Origin: Enterovibrio sp.
GTDB taxonomy: Bacteria > Pseudomonadota > Gammaproteobacteria > Enterobacterales > Vibrionaceae
DNA length: 54,462 nt
Assembly: GCA_042096095.1 (NCBI GenBank)
Contig: JBELME010000002.1
Location: 1-54,462, forward strand
Reading direction: 5' to 3'
The notes under the pieces were generated by a model. That model was not told where the DNA came from and did not search any database. It saw only the letters and a list, made by a program, of their open reading frames with translations. Shown here piece after piece: positions 44,790 to 54,462 of the stretch. A program made the translations under genes and the position numbers. How positions within the stretch are numbered: the first letter of the stretch is position 1; every line of letters starts with the position of its first letter.

Positions 44790-46157
44790 ATGGCAGAGAA
44801 TTACGAAGTAGAACAGTCTAATCAAACGCACCAAACGTTGCAGGAAGTTAGCCGTGCACTCGACAACGGTATGTTTGTCCATGTCCGACGCATGCTCGAA
44901 GACATGGAGCCAGAAGACATTGCACACCTGCTCGAAGCGTCCCCTCCAAAGAGCCGTTTGGTTCTCTGGCAATTAACCGATCCTGAAGAACAGGGCGAAA
45001 TCCTCGAAGAGCTTTCGGAAGATGTCAAAGATGGCATCATGGTACGCATGCAGCCAGAACAATTGGCCGCCGCCACCGAAGGTATGGACACCGATGACGT
45101 CGCCTACCTGCTTCGAAGCCTTCCCAATCAAGTATCTCAAGACGTGCTTGCGCAGATGGATGCGCAAGATCGTGATCGCGTAGAACAAGCGCTTGCTTAC
45201 CCGGAAGACACCGCCGGCGGTATGATGAATACCGACGTGGTGACCATCCGTTCCGACGTGACTGTCGACGTGGTCCTGCGTTATCTGCGTATGAGAGGCG
45301 AACTGCCTGAAGCCACCGATGCGTTGTATGTGGTGGATGAAAATAGCCGCCTGATTGGCTCTCTGCCGATCACGACGCTATTAACGACACAGCCTGATAC
45401 CGAAGTGCTCGATATCATGGAAGATTCGGATGAGGCCATTCCTGTCGACATGGACGATGGCGAAATCGCGAGCTTGTTTGAACGTCGTAACTGGGTATCC
45501 GCACCGGTTGTTGATGACCAGCACCAACTTGTCGGCCGTATCACCATCGATGACGTCGTCGACATCATTCGTGAAGATGCTGAACACTCCATGATGAGTA
45601 TGGCGGGTCTGGACGATGAAGAAGACACCTTTGCGCCAGTGTTAAAATCCGCACGTAGCCGAAGCATTTGGCTTGGGGCAAACGTCCTTGCCGCATTGGC
45701 TGCAGCATCTGTTTCCAACCTATTTGAAAACACCCTTGAGCAAATGGCCGCCATTGCGGTGCTCATGACCATCGTACCGTCGATGGGTGGCGTTGCCGGT
45801 AACCAAACCGTCGCGCTGGTGATCCGTGGTTTGGCCGTTGGTCATATCGGTGATTCCAACACCCGCTGGCTACTCACCAAAGAAGCGTTAGTGGGTTTGC
45901 TCAATGGCATCATTTGGGCATGTATCATTGGCGGCGTGGTTGTACTGTGGAAAGGCAATTGGGTACTCGGTGGCATCATCGCCGCCGCCATGATGGCAAA
46001 CCTCATCATCGCAGGTGTTGCGGGCGTTACTGTGCCTATCTTACTCAAGAAAATGAAAATCGACCCTGCCCTCGCAGGCGGCATGGCACTGACCACCATC
46101 ACCGACATGGTCGGTCTCTCGGTCTTCCTCGGCCTCGCCACGTTATTCTTGGTATAA
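44790..46157 (+). CDS. mgtE: Magnesium transporter MgtE
   Basis: N-terminal domain, CBS pair, GGVAGNQ, DPALAGG...TTITD. Confidence 0.96.
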   Translation: MAENYEVEQSNQTHQTLQEVSRALDNGMFVHVRRMLEDMEPEDIAHLLEASPPKSRLVLWQLTDPEEQGEILEELSEDVKDGIMVRMQPEQLAAATEGMDTDDVAYLLRSLPNQVSQDVLAQMDAQDRDRVEQALAYPEDTAGGMMNTDVVTIRSDVTVDVVLRYLRMRGELPEATDALYVVDENSRLIGSLPITTLLTTQPDTEVLDIMEDSDEAIPVDMDDGEIASLFERRNWVSAPVVDDQHQLVGRITIDDVVDIIREDAEHSMMSMAGLDDEEDTFAPVLKSARSRSIWLGANVLAALAAASVSNLFENTLEQMAAIAVLMTIVPSMGGVAGNQTVALVIRGLAVGHIGDSNTRWLLTKEALVGLLNGIIWACIIGGVVVLWKGNWVLGGIIAAAMMANLIIAGVAGVTVPILLKKMKIDPALAGGMALTTITDMVGLSVFLGLATLFLV

Positions 46158-46174
46158 CACATTATCTAGATAGC

Positions 46175-46203
46175 AAAAAGCCAGACGCAAGTCTGGCTTT
46201 TTT
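46175..46203. terminator. Terminator between convergent mgtE and pmbA
   Basis: AAAAAGCCAGAC-GCAA-GTCTGGCTTTTTT. Confidence 0.9.
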
Positions 46204-46252
46204 GTGTCTTTAATATCGTCAAACATTAAGGCGTTAGCTTTATAACACACGA

Positions 46253-46379
46253 ATAACGCTAAAGCTTTAACGTTACAGCTAGGCGGCAATTGAATACGTC
46301 TTCATGAGCTTAGTAGGCTAAGTGATTGAAGCGGATGAAAGCAGTCAACAACGCTGTAGCGTTAAAGATGACGCGTTAT
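46253..46379. mobile_element. Diverged ERIC/IRU-like miniature palindromic element, 127 bp
   Basis: Terminal inverted repeat ATAACGC/GCGTTAT, nested stems, central TAAGTGA and TAAGCTC cores matching the ERIC2 and ERIC1R primer cores, TTGCCGCCT on the minus strand. Confidence 0.8.
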
Positions 46380-47720
46380 CTATTCGCCGCCAATCTTCAT
46401 CGATTCAATGAGTATCGACCCCGTCTGAATCTGACTACGCAGCTCAGTGTCCGACCCTACCGCAACAATCTGCTTGTACATGTCTGCCAAGTTACCGGCG
46501 ATGGTAATCTCCGTTACTGGGTATTGGATTTCACCGTTTTCAACCCAGAAACCTGCGGCGCCGCGAGAGTAATCACCGGTTACGATGTTCACGCCTTGGC
46601 CCATAAGCTCTGTCACTAACAAACCTGTACCTAGCTCTTTCAGCATCTGCTCGAAGTTTTGACCTGTATTGCCCACGAACCAGTTATGGATACCGCCGGC
46701 ATGACCGGTTGGCTGCATACCCAGTTTACGGGCGGCATAGCTGGTCGCAAGGTAGGTTTGTAGTTCACCGCTTTTGATGATGTCGAGATCACGGGTAAAC
46801 ATGCCTTCGCTATCAAACGGTGCACTCGCCATGCCTTTTAGAATATGTGGGCGTTCATACACTTCGAACCATTCAGGCAAGATTTGATGACCCAGCTTAT
46901 CCAATAGGAAAGACGATTTACGGTACAAGCTTGAGCCGCTGATCCCCATGACAAGGTGGCCGAGCAAGCCGGTGGCGACATCCGCCGCGAACATCACGGG
47001 TGCTTGGCAAGTCGCAACGCGGCGCGGTTCCATACGAGAGATGGTGCGCTCTGCCGCTTCGATGCCCACGCGTTCTGGCGTCCAAAGGTCGAGCTTATCG
47101 CGCGCAGAGGTATAGCTGTAATCGCGTTCCATCCCTTTGCTGTCTTCGGCAATCACACTGCAACTGATGCTGTGACGACTTGAAGCATAACTGCCTAACA
47201 TGCCGTGGCTATTGCCGTAGACACGCACACCGTAGTGGCTGTCGTAACTTGCACCATCACTGAATTTGATGCGCTTGTCGTGATCCAAGGCTGCACGCTC
47301 GGCAGCAATGGCTTTCTCTGCCGCATGATCAGGCTCTGGCTCGTCTGGGTAGAACAAGTCCAGATCCGGGTAGTCATACGCCATCAATTCAGCTGGGGCT
47401 GGGCCTGAGAAAGGATCTTCGGACGTGTAATGTGCAATATCCAGTGCCGCTGCAACAGTTTGCGCGATCGCTTCTTCTGACAGATCAGAGGTTGATGCGC
47501 TGCCTTTACGCTGACCGCGATACACAGTAATACCCAACGCACCATCACTATTGAACTCAACGCTTTCCACTTCACACATGCGTGTTGCCACGCTGATGCC
47601 CGTGGTCTTCGTGATCGCCACTTCTGCAGCATCTGCTTTCTTACCTGCCAGCTCCAATGCGCGACTCACTGCAGCTTCAAGTTCTGTGCGTTGCTGAGCA
47701 ACCTGTTGTTTCACGTCCAT
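46380..47720 (-). CDS. pmbA: Metalloprotease subunit PmbA (TldE)
   Basis: [32 protein letters not shown]. Confidence 0.96.
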   Translation of the reverse strand: MDVKQQVAQQRTELEAAVSRALELAGKKADAAEVAITKTTGISVATRMCEVESVEFNSDGALGITVYRGQRKGSASTSDLSEEAIAQTVAAALDIAHYTSEDPFSGPAPAELMAYDYPDLDLFYPDEPEPDHAAEKAIAAERAALDHDKRIKFSDGASYDSHYGVRVYGNSHGMLGSYASSRHSISCSVIAEDSKGMERDYSYTSARDKLDLWTPERVGIEAAERTISRMEPRRVATCQAPVMFAADVATGLLGHLVMGISGSSLYRKSSFLLDKLGHQILPEWFEVYERPHILKGMASAPFDSEGMFTRDLDIIKSGELQTYLATSYAARKLGMQPTGHAGGIHNWFVGNTGQNFEQMLKELGTGLLVTELMGQGVNIVTGDYSRGAAGFWVENGEIQYPVTEITIAGNLADMYKQIVAVGSDTELRSQIQTGSILIESMKIGGE

Positions 47721-47853
47721 AAAGTCTTAGATAAATGTATGTTGTTTGTAAGCATACCACTCGTAGCGAAGACAATGCTTAAAAAACACCAGCAAAATTC
47801 GACATTCTTGATAAGATACGCTGATCAAGTAAGTGACAACCTCGGGAAAGATT

Positions 47854-48381
47854 ATGGGCCGTAAAAATAAACGTGAGCCTTGGGAAGAGGAAGAAGAAAT
47901 CATCTGGGTAAGTCGTTCCGAGATGAAACGCGATATGGAAGCGCTGCAAGCACTCGGCACTAAGCTGATTGAACTTAAACCTTCTGTATTGGAAAAGTTC
48001 CCTCTTACAGAAGATCTTCGCATTGCGATCGCAGATGCACAGCGTTTTGAAAAAGAAGCGCGTCGCCGTCAACTTCAGTTGATTGGTAAACTCATGCGCC
48101 ATGTGGATGCAGAAGCGATCCAAGCGGCGTTGGACAAGCTGAACAATAAACACGGTCAGCAATCCATCGAACTGCTGAAGTTGGAAAAACAACGCGATCG
48201 TCTGATCGCGGAAGGTGACAAGATGATCAACGAAATCGTTGAAAAGCACCCTTCTGCAGATCGTCAAAAGCTACGCCAACTTGTCCGCCAAGCGAAGAAA
48301 GATCTAGAAAGCAGTAAGCCATCAAAAGCGTCTAAAGAACTGTTCCAAATTCTGAAAGCGCTAAAAGCGGAAGAAGAGTAA
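47854..48381 (+). CDS. yjgA: Ribosome biogenesis factor DarP (YjgA, DUF615)
   Basis: [28 protein letters not shown]; divergent from pmbA. Confidence 0.95.
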   Translation: MGRKNKREPWEEEEEIIWVSRSEMKRDMEALQALGTKLIELKPSVLEKFPLTEDLRIAIADAQRFEKEARRRQLQLIGKLMRHVDAEAIQAALDKLNNKHGQQSIELLKLEKQRDRLIAEGDKMINEIVEKHPSADRQKLRQLVRQAKKDLESSKPSKASKELFQILKALKAEEE

Positions 48382-48400
48382 TTCAACGCTTACCATCAGA

Positions 48401-48436
48401 TACAAAAAAGCCAGACCTCGGTCTGGCTTTTTTGTA
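48401..48436. terminator. Bidirectional terminator between convergent yjgA and tldD
   Basis: Perfect 16-bp inverted repeat TACAAAAAAGCCAGAC-CTCG-GTCTGGCTTTTTTGTA. Confidence 0.9.
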
Positions 48437-48536
48437 CTGGGTACTGCAACGATTCTTTGAAGATAGGAAGCACTGTCAAGCTTTTGCTTTTTTCCTTCCC
48501 AGCGCCTAGGACCTTCTCTTCCTAGGCCCTATCTTC

Positions 48537-49982
48537 TTATTCCGTACCACCCACCGTCATCGCGTCCAGCTTCAACGTTGGCTGACCCACACCGACGGCA
48601 ACACTTTGGCCAGCTTTACCACACACGCCCACACCGCGGTCTAGGGCGAGGTCATTACCCACCATCGACACTTGTTGCATGGCTTCAATGCCGCTGCCGA
48701 TCAAGGTTGCACCTTTCACTGGCGTGGTCACTTTACCGTTTTCAATCAAGTACGCTTCGCTGGTGGAGAACACAAACTTACCAGAGGTAATGTCCACCTG
48801 ACCGCCGCCAAAGTTCGGGGCATACAGGCCGTATTCCACGCTGCTAATGATGTCTTCCGGCGTGCTTTCACCTGCCAGCATGTAGGTATTGGTCATACGT
48901 GGCATTGGCAGGTGCGCGTAAGATTCACGACGACCATTGCCCGTAGGTGCAACGCCCATCAGGTGCGCGTTATGCTTGTCCTGCATGCAGCCTTTCAAGA
49001 TGCCATTTTCAATCAAGGTATTGTATTGACCAGGTACGCCTTCATCATCGATGTTCAGCGAGCCACGGCGATCTTCAAGTGTTCCGTCATCCACAATGGT
49101 ACAAAGCGGTGACGTCACCTGCTGGCCAATTTGACCAGAAAATACCGACGATTCTTTACGGTTAAAATCACCTTCCAAACCATGGCCTACCGCTTCATGC
49201 AACAATACGCCCGGCCAACCGGCGCCCAACACCACTGGCATGGTGCCCGCTGGTGCGCCTTTCGCGTGAAGGTTTACCAATGCTTGACGCACCGCTTCAT
49301 CGGCATAATTGAGGGCAACGGTTTTTCCGTCTTCTTCGGTTAAAAAATACTGATAGCCAAATCGACCACCACCACCTGCTGAACCGCGTTCACGACGACC
49401 GTCTTTCTCAACCAGCACACTGACAGACAGGCGCACCAATGGACGCGTATCTGCCGCGTAGGTCCCGTCAGTTGCTGCGATAAGCACTTGCTCATACACA
49501 CCGCTGATGCTGACAGAGACTTCTTGGATAAGCGGCTCTTTCGCGCGAATGTAGACATCCACCTCTTTCAGTAAAGCGATTTTGTCTTCTTTGCTCATGC
49601 TTTGCAGTGGGTCAATCGCTTGATAAATCGTTGGATATTGGCGATTAGTAAATGCCGACACTTGAAGCCTGCCGCCTTTGTCTGCAATACCGCGAGCCGC
49701 CGTGGCACTTTGCATCAAGGCATCGGCGTTGATCTGGTCAGAGTAAGCAAAACCGGTTTTCTCACCACAAATTGCACGAACACCCACACCGCGGTCGATA
49801 TTGAATGAACCGTCTTTAATGATGCTGTCTTCAAGCACCAGTGATTCATGCCAGCATGATTGGAAGTAAACATCGCCATAGTCGATGTTTCTTGCTGCCA
49901 AGTGATCAAGTGTTTGGCTGAGTTGACTCTTGCTCATACCCGAGAGGTGAAGCATCGTTTCTTCGACGTGTTCGAGGCTCAT
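48537..49982 (-). CDS. tldD: Metalloprotease subunit TldD
   Basis: 481 aa; [11 protein letters not shown] metal motif, [15 protein letters not shown]. Confidence 0.97.
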   Translation of the reverse strand: MSLEHVEETMLHLSGMSKSQLSQTLDHLAARNIDYGDVYFQSCWHESLVLEDSIIKDGSFNIDRGVGVRAICGEKTGFAYSDQINADALMQSATAARGIADKGGRLQVSAFTNRQYPTIYQAIDPLQSMSKEDKIALLKEVDVYIRAKEPLIQEVSVSISGVYEQVLIAATDGTYAADTRPLVRLSVSVLVEKDGRRERGSAGGGGRFGYQYFLTEEDGKTVALNYADEAVRQALVNLHAKGAPAGTMPVVLGAGWPGVLLHEAVGHGLEGDFNRKESSVFSGQIGQQVTSPLCTIVDDGTLEDRRGSLNIDDEGVPGQYNTLIENGILKGCMQDKHNAHLMGVAPTGNGRRESYAHLPMPRMTNTYMLAGESTPEDIISSVEYGLYAPNFGGGQVDITSGKFVFSTSEAYLIENGKVTTPVKGATLIGSGIEAMQQVSMVGNDLALDRGVGVCGKAGQSVAVGVGQPTLKLDAMTVGGTE

Positions 49983-50071
49983 TGTGTAATTGCTCTTTTA
50001 GCGCTGGAAATGAGAAACGTCCCGCGGCAACAGGCCTGTCACCGCGGGACTTATAATAAAATGAGACTGCG

Positions 50072-50890
50072 CTATTTCAACGCGCATTGCAACCGAGCAT
50101 GCTCTAATACCGGCATTTTGGTTCGGATGGCATTGTTGGTTGCTAAATCAATGTCTGCCCACGCATTTCCGACATGCTCTTGCAGTTCGCTGGCCACTTG
50201 CCCCCATGGATCGACAATCATCGAATGCCCATAGGTTTCTCTGCCTCCCTCATGAGAGCCACATTGTGCTGCAGCTAGCACCCAACATTGGGTTTCAATG
50301 GCACGCGCACGCAGTAGCACTTCCCAATGCGCATGGCCTGTTACTTTGGTGAATGCGGCTGGCACAACAATGATGTCTGCGCCACGCTGACGCAATGCAG
50401 CGTATAGATGCGGGAAGCGAATGTCATAACAGATCGACAGCCCCAACGTCCCAAATGGCGTCTCGACCAATGCGAGGTTATCACCCGCACGGAAGGTGTC
50501 AGATTCTCGGTAGCTGCGGTGGTTATCGGCGATATCCACATCAAACATGTGCAGCTTTTCGTAAGACCCACGCAAGTTACCTGCGGCATCATAAACGAGT
50601 AATGTCGTGCTCAACGTACCGTCATGATTGCTGATAGGAAACGACCCAACCACGAGCCAAATACCCAGTTCAAAGGCGAGTTGAGAAAGGCGTTTCTGCA
50701 AAGGCCCATGACCTAACTCTTCCGCGTATTTCTCATAATCTTCTTTTTTACCGAACACAATCGCATTTTCTGGTGTCAGCACCAATCGTGCGCCTTGCGC
50801 GCTCAAATGCCTTAGCTGACCTTCAAGAACGTCCATATTGTCATCAGCATTCGCACCCGAATTCATCTGTACTACGCCAAACTTGCTCAT
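50072..50890 (-). CDS. Carbon-nitrogen hydrolase (Nit1 / deaminated glutathione amidase-like)
   Basis: Catalytic Glu-Lys-Cys motifs TPEN, KLHMFD, ICYDIRFP; RARAIE, GHSMIVDPWG. Confidence 0.9.
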   Translation of the reverse strand: MSKFGVVQMNSGANADDNMDVLEGQLRHLSAQGARLVLTPENAIVFGKKEDYEKYAEELGHGPLQKRLSQLAFELGIWLVVGSFPISNHDGTLSTTLLVYDAAGNLRGSYEKLHMFDVDIADNHRSYRESDTFRAGDNLALVETPFGTLGLSICYDIRFPHLYAALRQRGADIIVVPAAFTKVTGHAHWEVLLRARAIETQCWVLAAAQCGSHEGGRETYGHSMIVDPWGQVASELQEHVGNAWADIDLATNNAIRTKMPVLEHARLQCALK

Positions 50891-53800
50891 TGGTCTTTGC
50901 TCCCTAACTGCTCTGTTCGCAGGCGCTCTGTGGCCTGCTCTGGTAACGTCACTTCAGCTTTGCGGCGTGAAACTTCCCTGACGACGGGCTCATCAATTGG
51001 CCCGGTTACCTGATATCTGACTTGAGTAAACGCATCAACAACTGGCGAAATTACCGTGGTGACTGCCAGTACATAGAGCGCGGTTTGCGGCGTTACTGCA
51101 AACGCGGTGAAGACAGGAATGCCTGAGGTGAGATCAGGAATAAAACGGACTTCAGCATTTACCTGATTTCTCGCCAGATTCGCTATCCCTTTTATAAACA
51201 TATCACCTGCGAGCGCTTTCATCTGGATATTATCCGTGACAACAACGCCATTCGTGATTGATGCACTGCCGCTTATTTCATCAAAAGCCAGCCCGTCTTC
51301 AAATACGCCCGTAAAGTCCAACTGCATTTTTCGCAAAATTGAGTCGAGACTAAACAAGCCCAGCAGCTTACCCGCACCACCCACACCACTGATGTAGCCG
51401 TCTTCTAACTGGGTTTCTAGCATGCCATCAAGGCTGGCAACATTCATCTTCCACGGCACACCATTAAACTCTAACTCGCCTTTGGTGCTAAAGCTGGCAT
51501 CTTGAATGCCGCCTGTGACAGAAAAGCGCCCCATCAAATCACTGCTGTTTTTTCCTTCAACCGTGAATTTAACGTGGCTCTGATTCATGCCTTCTGGTGT
51601 AAAGCGCCAATCGCCGTTAGCTTTCATGCGTAGCGCATTGCTGCCTAGAGTGAACTTCGACAACGTGACTTCATCTTTGTCTTTTAAAAGCTGCGCTTCG
51701 ACGCGCCCTAAGCGGTAACCTTGCAGCCAAAGTTCCTCGATCACTAAATCGGTGGCGGGGATCTTCGCCATGATGGCGCGATCTTCCTCTGTCACGCGCC
51801 CGCTCACGGCTTTTTGGAGCGAAGCGGCAAAGGACTCTTTTTTATTCTCGAGATCAAGGTTGAGGAACAGATGTTCAATGGACACAGTCAACAGGCGATT
51901 GCCATCCCACCACGCATCACCAGCCAACTCTTCACTACCAATCAGAATATGGTAACCGTCGCGCTTTTCTCGCGCCGCAATCGATGCGTTGTTAAACACC
52001 ATCTCGCCTGCATGGATCTTGTCGGCTTTCACATTGATGAGCGAAGGCGTTGGAAGATCAACAGGCAGTGAGTTGTCTTTCCCTTTGTTTTTCTCTCCAT
52101 AGTGCGTCAACACCGAACGCCATGCAGTCACATCGATTGATGGCACATCGACACTAATCGCATTTCCCGCCTGTGGTTTCAGCGCAAGTTCGCCTTCCCC
52201 AATCACCATTCGGCTTCGAGTGACTTTAGGGATATCCCCCGAAATATCCACATCCGCTTGGTATTTCAAATTCGGCAATTCAACTTGGCCAAGCAAACGC
52301 TGGGCATCACCCGACGCTTTTAAATATCCATGACTTTTAATAAATGAGGATTTACTCAATGGTGCGGGCAAATCAATGTTCATCGCCATCAAATCAGCAT
52401 CGAGCAACACATCGTAGGTAAAGCCGATGTCTTTGAGAGCAATACCGACGTTTAAATCCCACTCAGACTGACCTTCAATAAATGACAAGTCAGGCAGATC
52501 CAACGCCGCTTTTAGCTTATCCGCTTCCCACTTCCCATCGATGTCGATGTTCACAACATAATTTTCAGATTCCGTTTCCCCTTTGAAGCCAAACGTAATC
52601 GGCTGTTTGAGCAAATTAGCGCGAAGCCCTGTTGCCGTCACTTTGTCGTTATCAAAGGTGATCTTGCCTTTCACCCTTTCTAGGGTCATTTCAGGGCTAA
52701 CGATCGACACCATGTTTTTATTGAGTCTGGCACTTCCCTTGGCATTAACGTCATCACCATTTAACGGGATCTCGAGCGAAATTGAACCTGCTACTGAGCC
52801 GTCCACTTGAACATGGGTCAAGGCGGCACCGACAGAATCCACCAACGGCGTTGCAAGCATGTATTCGCGCAAGGTTTCGCCACTCGCCGCCACATCTGCG
52901 GTGATGTAAAGCATGCCAGCATCTTCTTCGCTAAGAGATGGAATCTCCCCTTTCAGGTTGTAGCCGCGCGCATCCATTAATCCCACGTTGGTGGCATTGA
53001 GGTACATGCCATCGTTTTCAAACAGCAAATCCAAATCCAGTTCCGTCAATGTTGGCCATTGCGTATCAAAACTAAATTTGGCGTTACGAAGGGGAACATC
53101 CGCTTGGAACATGCCTTCATGTTCGAGGTATGGGAAGGTTGAAATGCCGCCGTACCAAAGCAGCTTAGCGTGATCTACCGTACCACCACGGATAGCCGCA
53201 GAAAGGAAATCAGTTAACTCATCGCCCAGCGCCAGCGTCGGTAAATAGCGCCACGTTTCGCCGGCGTCATTGACGTTCGCTTCACCATAGAAAGACAGCC
53301 ACAAGTCGCCTTCTTTAGGAATATCAAGCCTGAACTCACCCAGCACATTGATGTGAGGCGCTCGCACTGACACTTCATCAGACCAAAGCACCACGCCTTG
53401 CTCATCAAGGTGCCAGTAAAGGTTTACGTCCCCTTGCTGAATATCTAGCGGCGCTTGGAAGAAATCGTCATAGGGCAATTGATCATCCACCATGGAAAGC
53501 GACGCCTTACCATTCGCACCGCGTCCCACCACATCAATGGCGAGTTTGTGCACTTCAGGCAAATACGTCCAATGCTGGAAACCAACGTCCGAGAGCGATA
53601 ACGAATAAGACAGTGGCTGCTCGCTCGCTTGCGCGATTCGAATATCTTTCGCGGTGCCTTTCACAGAAAGCGCGGTAATGGCGTTGTCGATATCTTTAGG
53701 GATATCGACGACCTCTCGAAGCGGCAATAACAAAGCGACATCAAGTTCATTGATGTTTGCCGCCCAACCTTGCGGTGAATATGTCACGTTTACTGACAAC

Positions 53801-54462
53801 GACGGCCAAGCTGCATTCGCGGTTGAAACCGAGAATTCTTGTGTCGAAGCACGCCATGTCGACGCATCTTGCTTCTCTAGCAGCACTTTGCCGCGCTCAA
53901 TGGTCAGGGATTGGTTTTGTTCTTGCGGAGGCAGATTCCTCGCCGCCAGCTCTGACGGCAACATTGCTGGTGTGTTTGCATGCCAAACCATGCCGCTCTC
54001 CGTCAGGTTCAACAAGACGCTTTCTGGCTCGCCTTTTTTCAAGGTAAACCACGCCTCACCTCCCACCTTGGCGCTGGCAATAGCAATGTTTGGATTGATA
54101 AAGCGCTTAATCCAATCTTTCAGGGATAAGTCATCAGCTTTAAGGTAGAAGTAGCCATCAAGCGAGGCTAAACCGTTATGTTCTGAAAACGCCCCACGTA
54201 CTTCAATCAGGTTGAGTGACGTGCCTTCAACACTCACCACACCTTGCACATGGTGGGTGCCGTTTTTGTTTTCCCACAGCAAGGAACGCACATCGATGGT
54301 TTTTCGCTGCTCAGAAGGAGACAGCACCGTGATGTCAGCATTTTGAATCGAAAAATGCCCTAACCCAACAAGAAACAGGTTCTCTAATCGCTCAGTAAGT
54401 GGCTTGGTTTCTTTGCTGTCATCTTCAGGAAGCTGCGTGACATCTAAATCCAAGCCAGATCG
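50887..54462 (-). CDS. yhdP: AsmA-like phospholipid transport protein YhdP; 5' end lies beyond the window
   Basis: More than 1188 codons of beta-rich sequence; C-terminal LDFTGVFEDGLAFD and YQVTGPIDEP; yhdP-nit-tldD synteny. Confidence 0.9.
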   Translation of the reverse strand, partial: RSGLDLDVTQLPEDDSKETKPLTERLENLFLVGLGHFSIQNADITVLSPSEQRKTIDVRSLLWENKNGTHHVQGVVSVEGTSLNLIEVRGAFSEHNGLASLDGYFYLKADDLSLKDWIKRFINPNIAIASAKVGGEAWFTLKKGEPESVLLNLTESGMVWHANTPAMLPSELAARNLPPQEQNQSLTIERGKVLLEKQDASTWRASTQEFSVSTANAAWPSLSVNVTYSPQGWAANINELDVALLLPLREVVDIPKDIDNAITALSVKGTAKDIRIAQASEQPLSYSLSLSDVGFQHWTYLPEVHKLAIDVVGRGANGKASLSMVDDQLPYDDFFQAPLDIQQGDVNLYWHLDEQGVVLWSDEVSVRAPHINVLGEFRLDIPKEGDLWLSFYGEANVNDAGETWRYLPTLALGDELTDFLSAAIRGGTVDHAKLLWYGGISTFPYLEHEGMFQADVPLRNAKFSFDTQWPTLTELDLDLLFENDGMYLNATNVGLMDARGYNLKGEIPSLSEEDAGMLYITADVAASGETLREYMLATPLVDSVGAALTHVQVDGSVAGSISLEIPLNGDDVNAKGSARLNKNMVSIVSPEMTLERVKGKITFDNDKVTATGLRANLLKQPITFGFKGETESENYVVNIDIDGKWEADKLKAALDLPDLSFIEGQSEWDLNVGIALKDIGFTYDVLLDADLMAMNIDLPAPLSKSSFIKSHGYLKASGDAQRLLGQVELPNLKYQADVDISGDIPKVTRSRMVIGEGELALKPQAGNAISVDVPSIDVTAWRSVLTHYGEKNKGKDNSLPVDLPTPSLINVKADKIHAGEMVFNNASIAAREKRDGYHILIGSEELAGDAWWDGNRLLTVSIEHLFLNLDLENKKESFAASLQKAVSGRVTEEDRAIMAKIPATDLVIEELWLQGYRLGRVEAQLLKDKDEVTLSKFTLGSNALRMKANGDWRFTPEGMNQSHVKFTVEGKNSSDLMGRFSVTGGIQDASFSTKGELEFNGVPWKMNVASLDGMLETQLEDGYISGVGGAGKLLGLFSLDSILRKMQLDFTGVFEDGLAFDEISGSASITNGVVVTDNIQMKALAGDMFIKGIANLARNQVNAEVRFIPDLTSGIPVFTAFAVTPQTALYVLAVTTVISPVVDAFTQVRYQVTGPIDEPVVREVSRRKAEVTLPEQATERLRTEQLGSKDQ

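Noticed and set aside
46326-46619. 97-aa plus-strand ORF starting in the mgtE-pmbA gap
   Set aside because: It starts inside the ERIC-like element and runs antisense to pmbA
50887-54462. yhdP as a truncated pseudogene
   Set aside because: The frame is open up to the window edge; the missing N-terminus is simply outside the window

Overview
This is a 54.5-kb stretch of conserved gammaproteobacterial core chromosome, most likely Vibrionaceae. That call is inferred from gene order, the ddl-less dcw cluster and the cytochrome b insertion; the genus cannot be fixed from the sequence alone. In order it contains: the dcw cluster (mraZ to lpxC, no ddl), the RNase P RNA gene rnpB, rsmI, lpoA-yraN-diaA-dolP, sspAB, petABC (cytochrome bc1), rplM-rpsI, zapE, zapG-degQ-degS, murA-ibaG-mlaFEDCB, yrbG-kdsDC-lptCAB-rpoN-hpf-ptsN-rapZ-npr, mgtE, pmbA, darP (yjgA), tldD, a carbon-nitrogen hydrolase and a 5'-truncated yhdP. 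I see no prophage, transposase, CRISPR array, defence island or orphan gene, so I cannot support a new multi-gene system here. The most interesting signals are small and mostly non-coding. They are a 7-codon MSLRQPP-stop uORF just upstream of mgtE, a diverged 127-bp ERIC-like element abutting the pmbA stop, a GGA-rich petA leader (candidate CsrA target), a GAGAAGC tandem repeat at the window edge, and several regulatory motifs.
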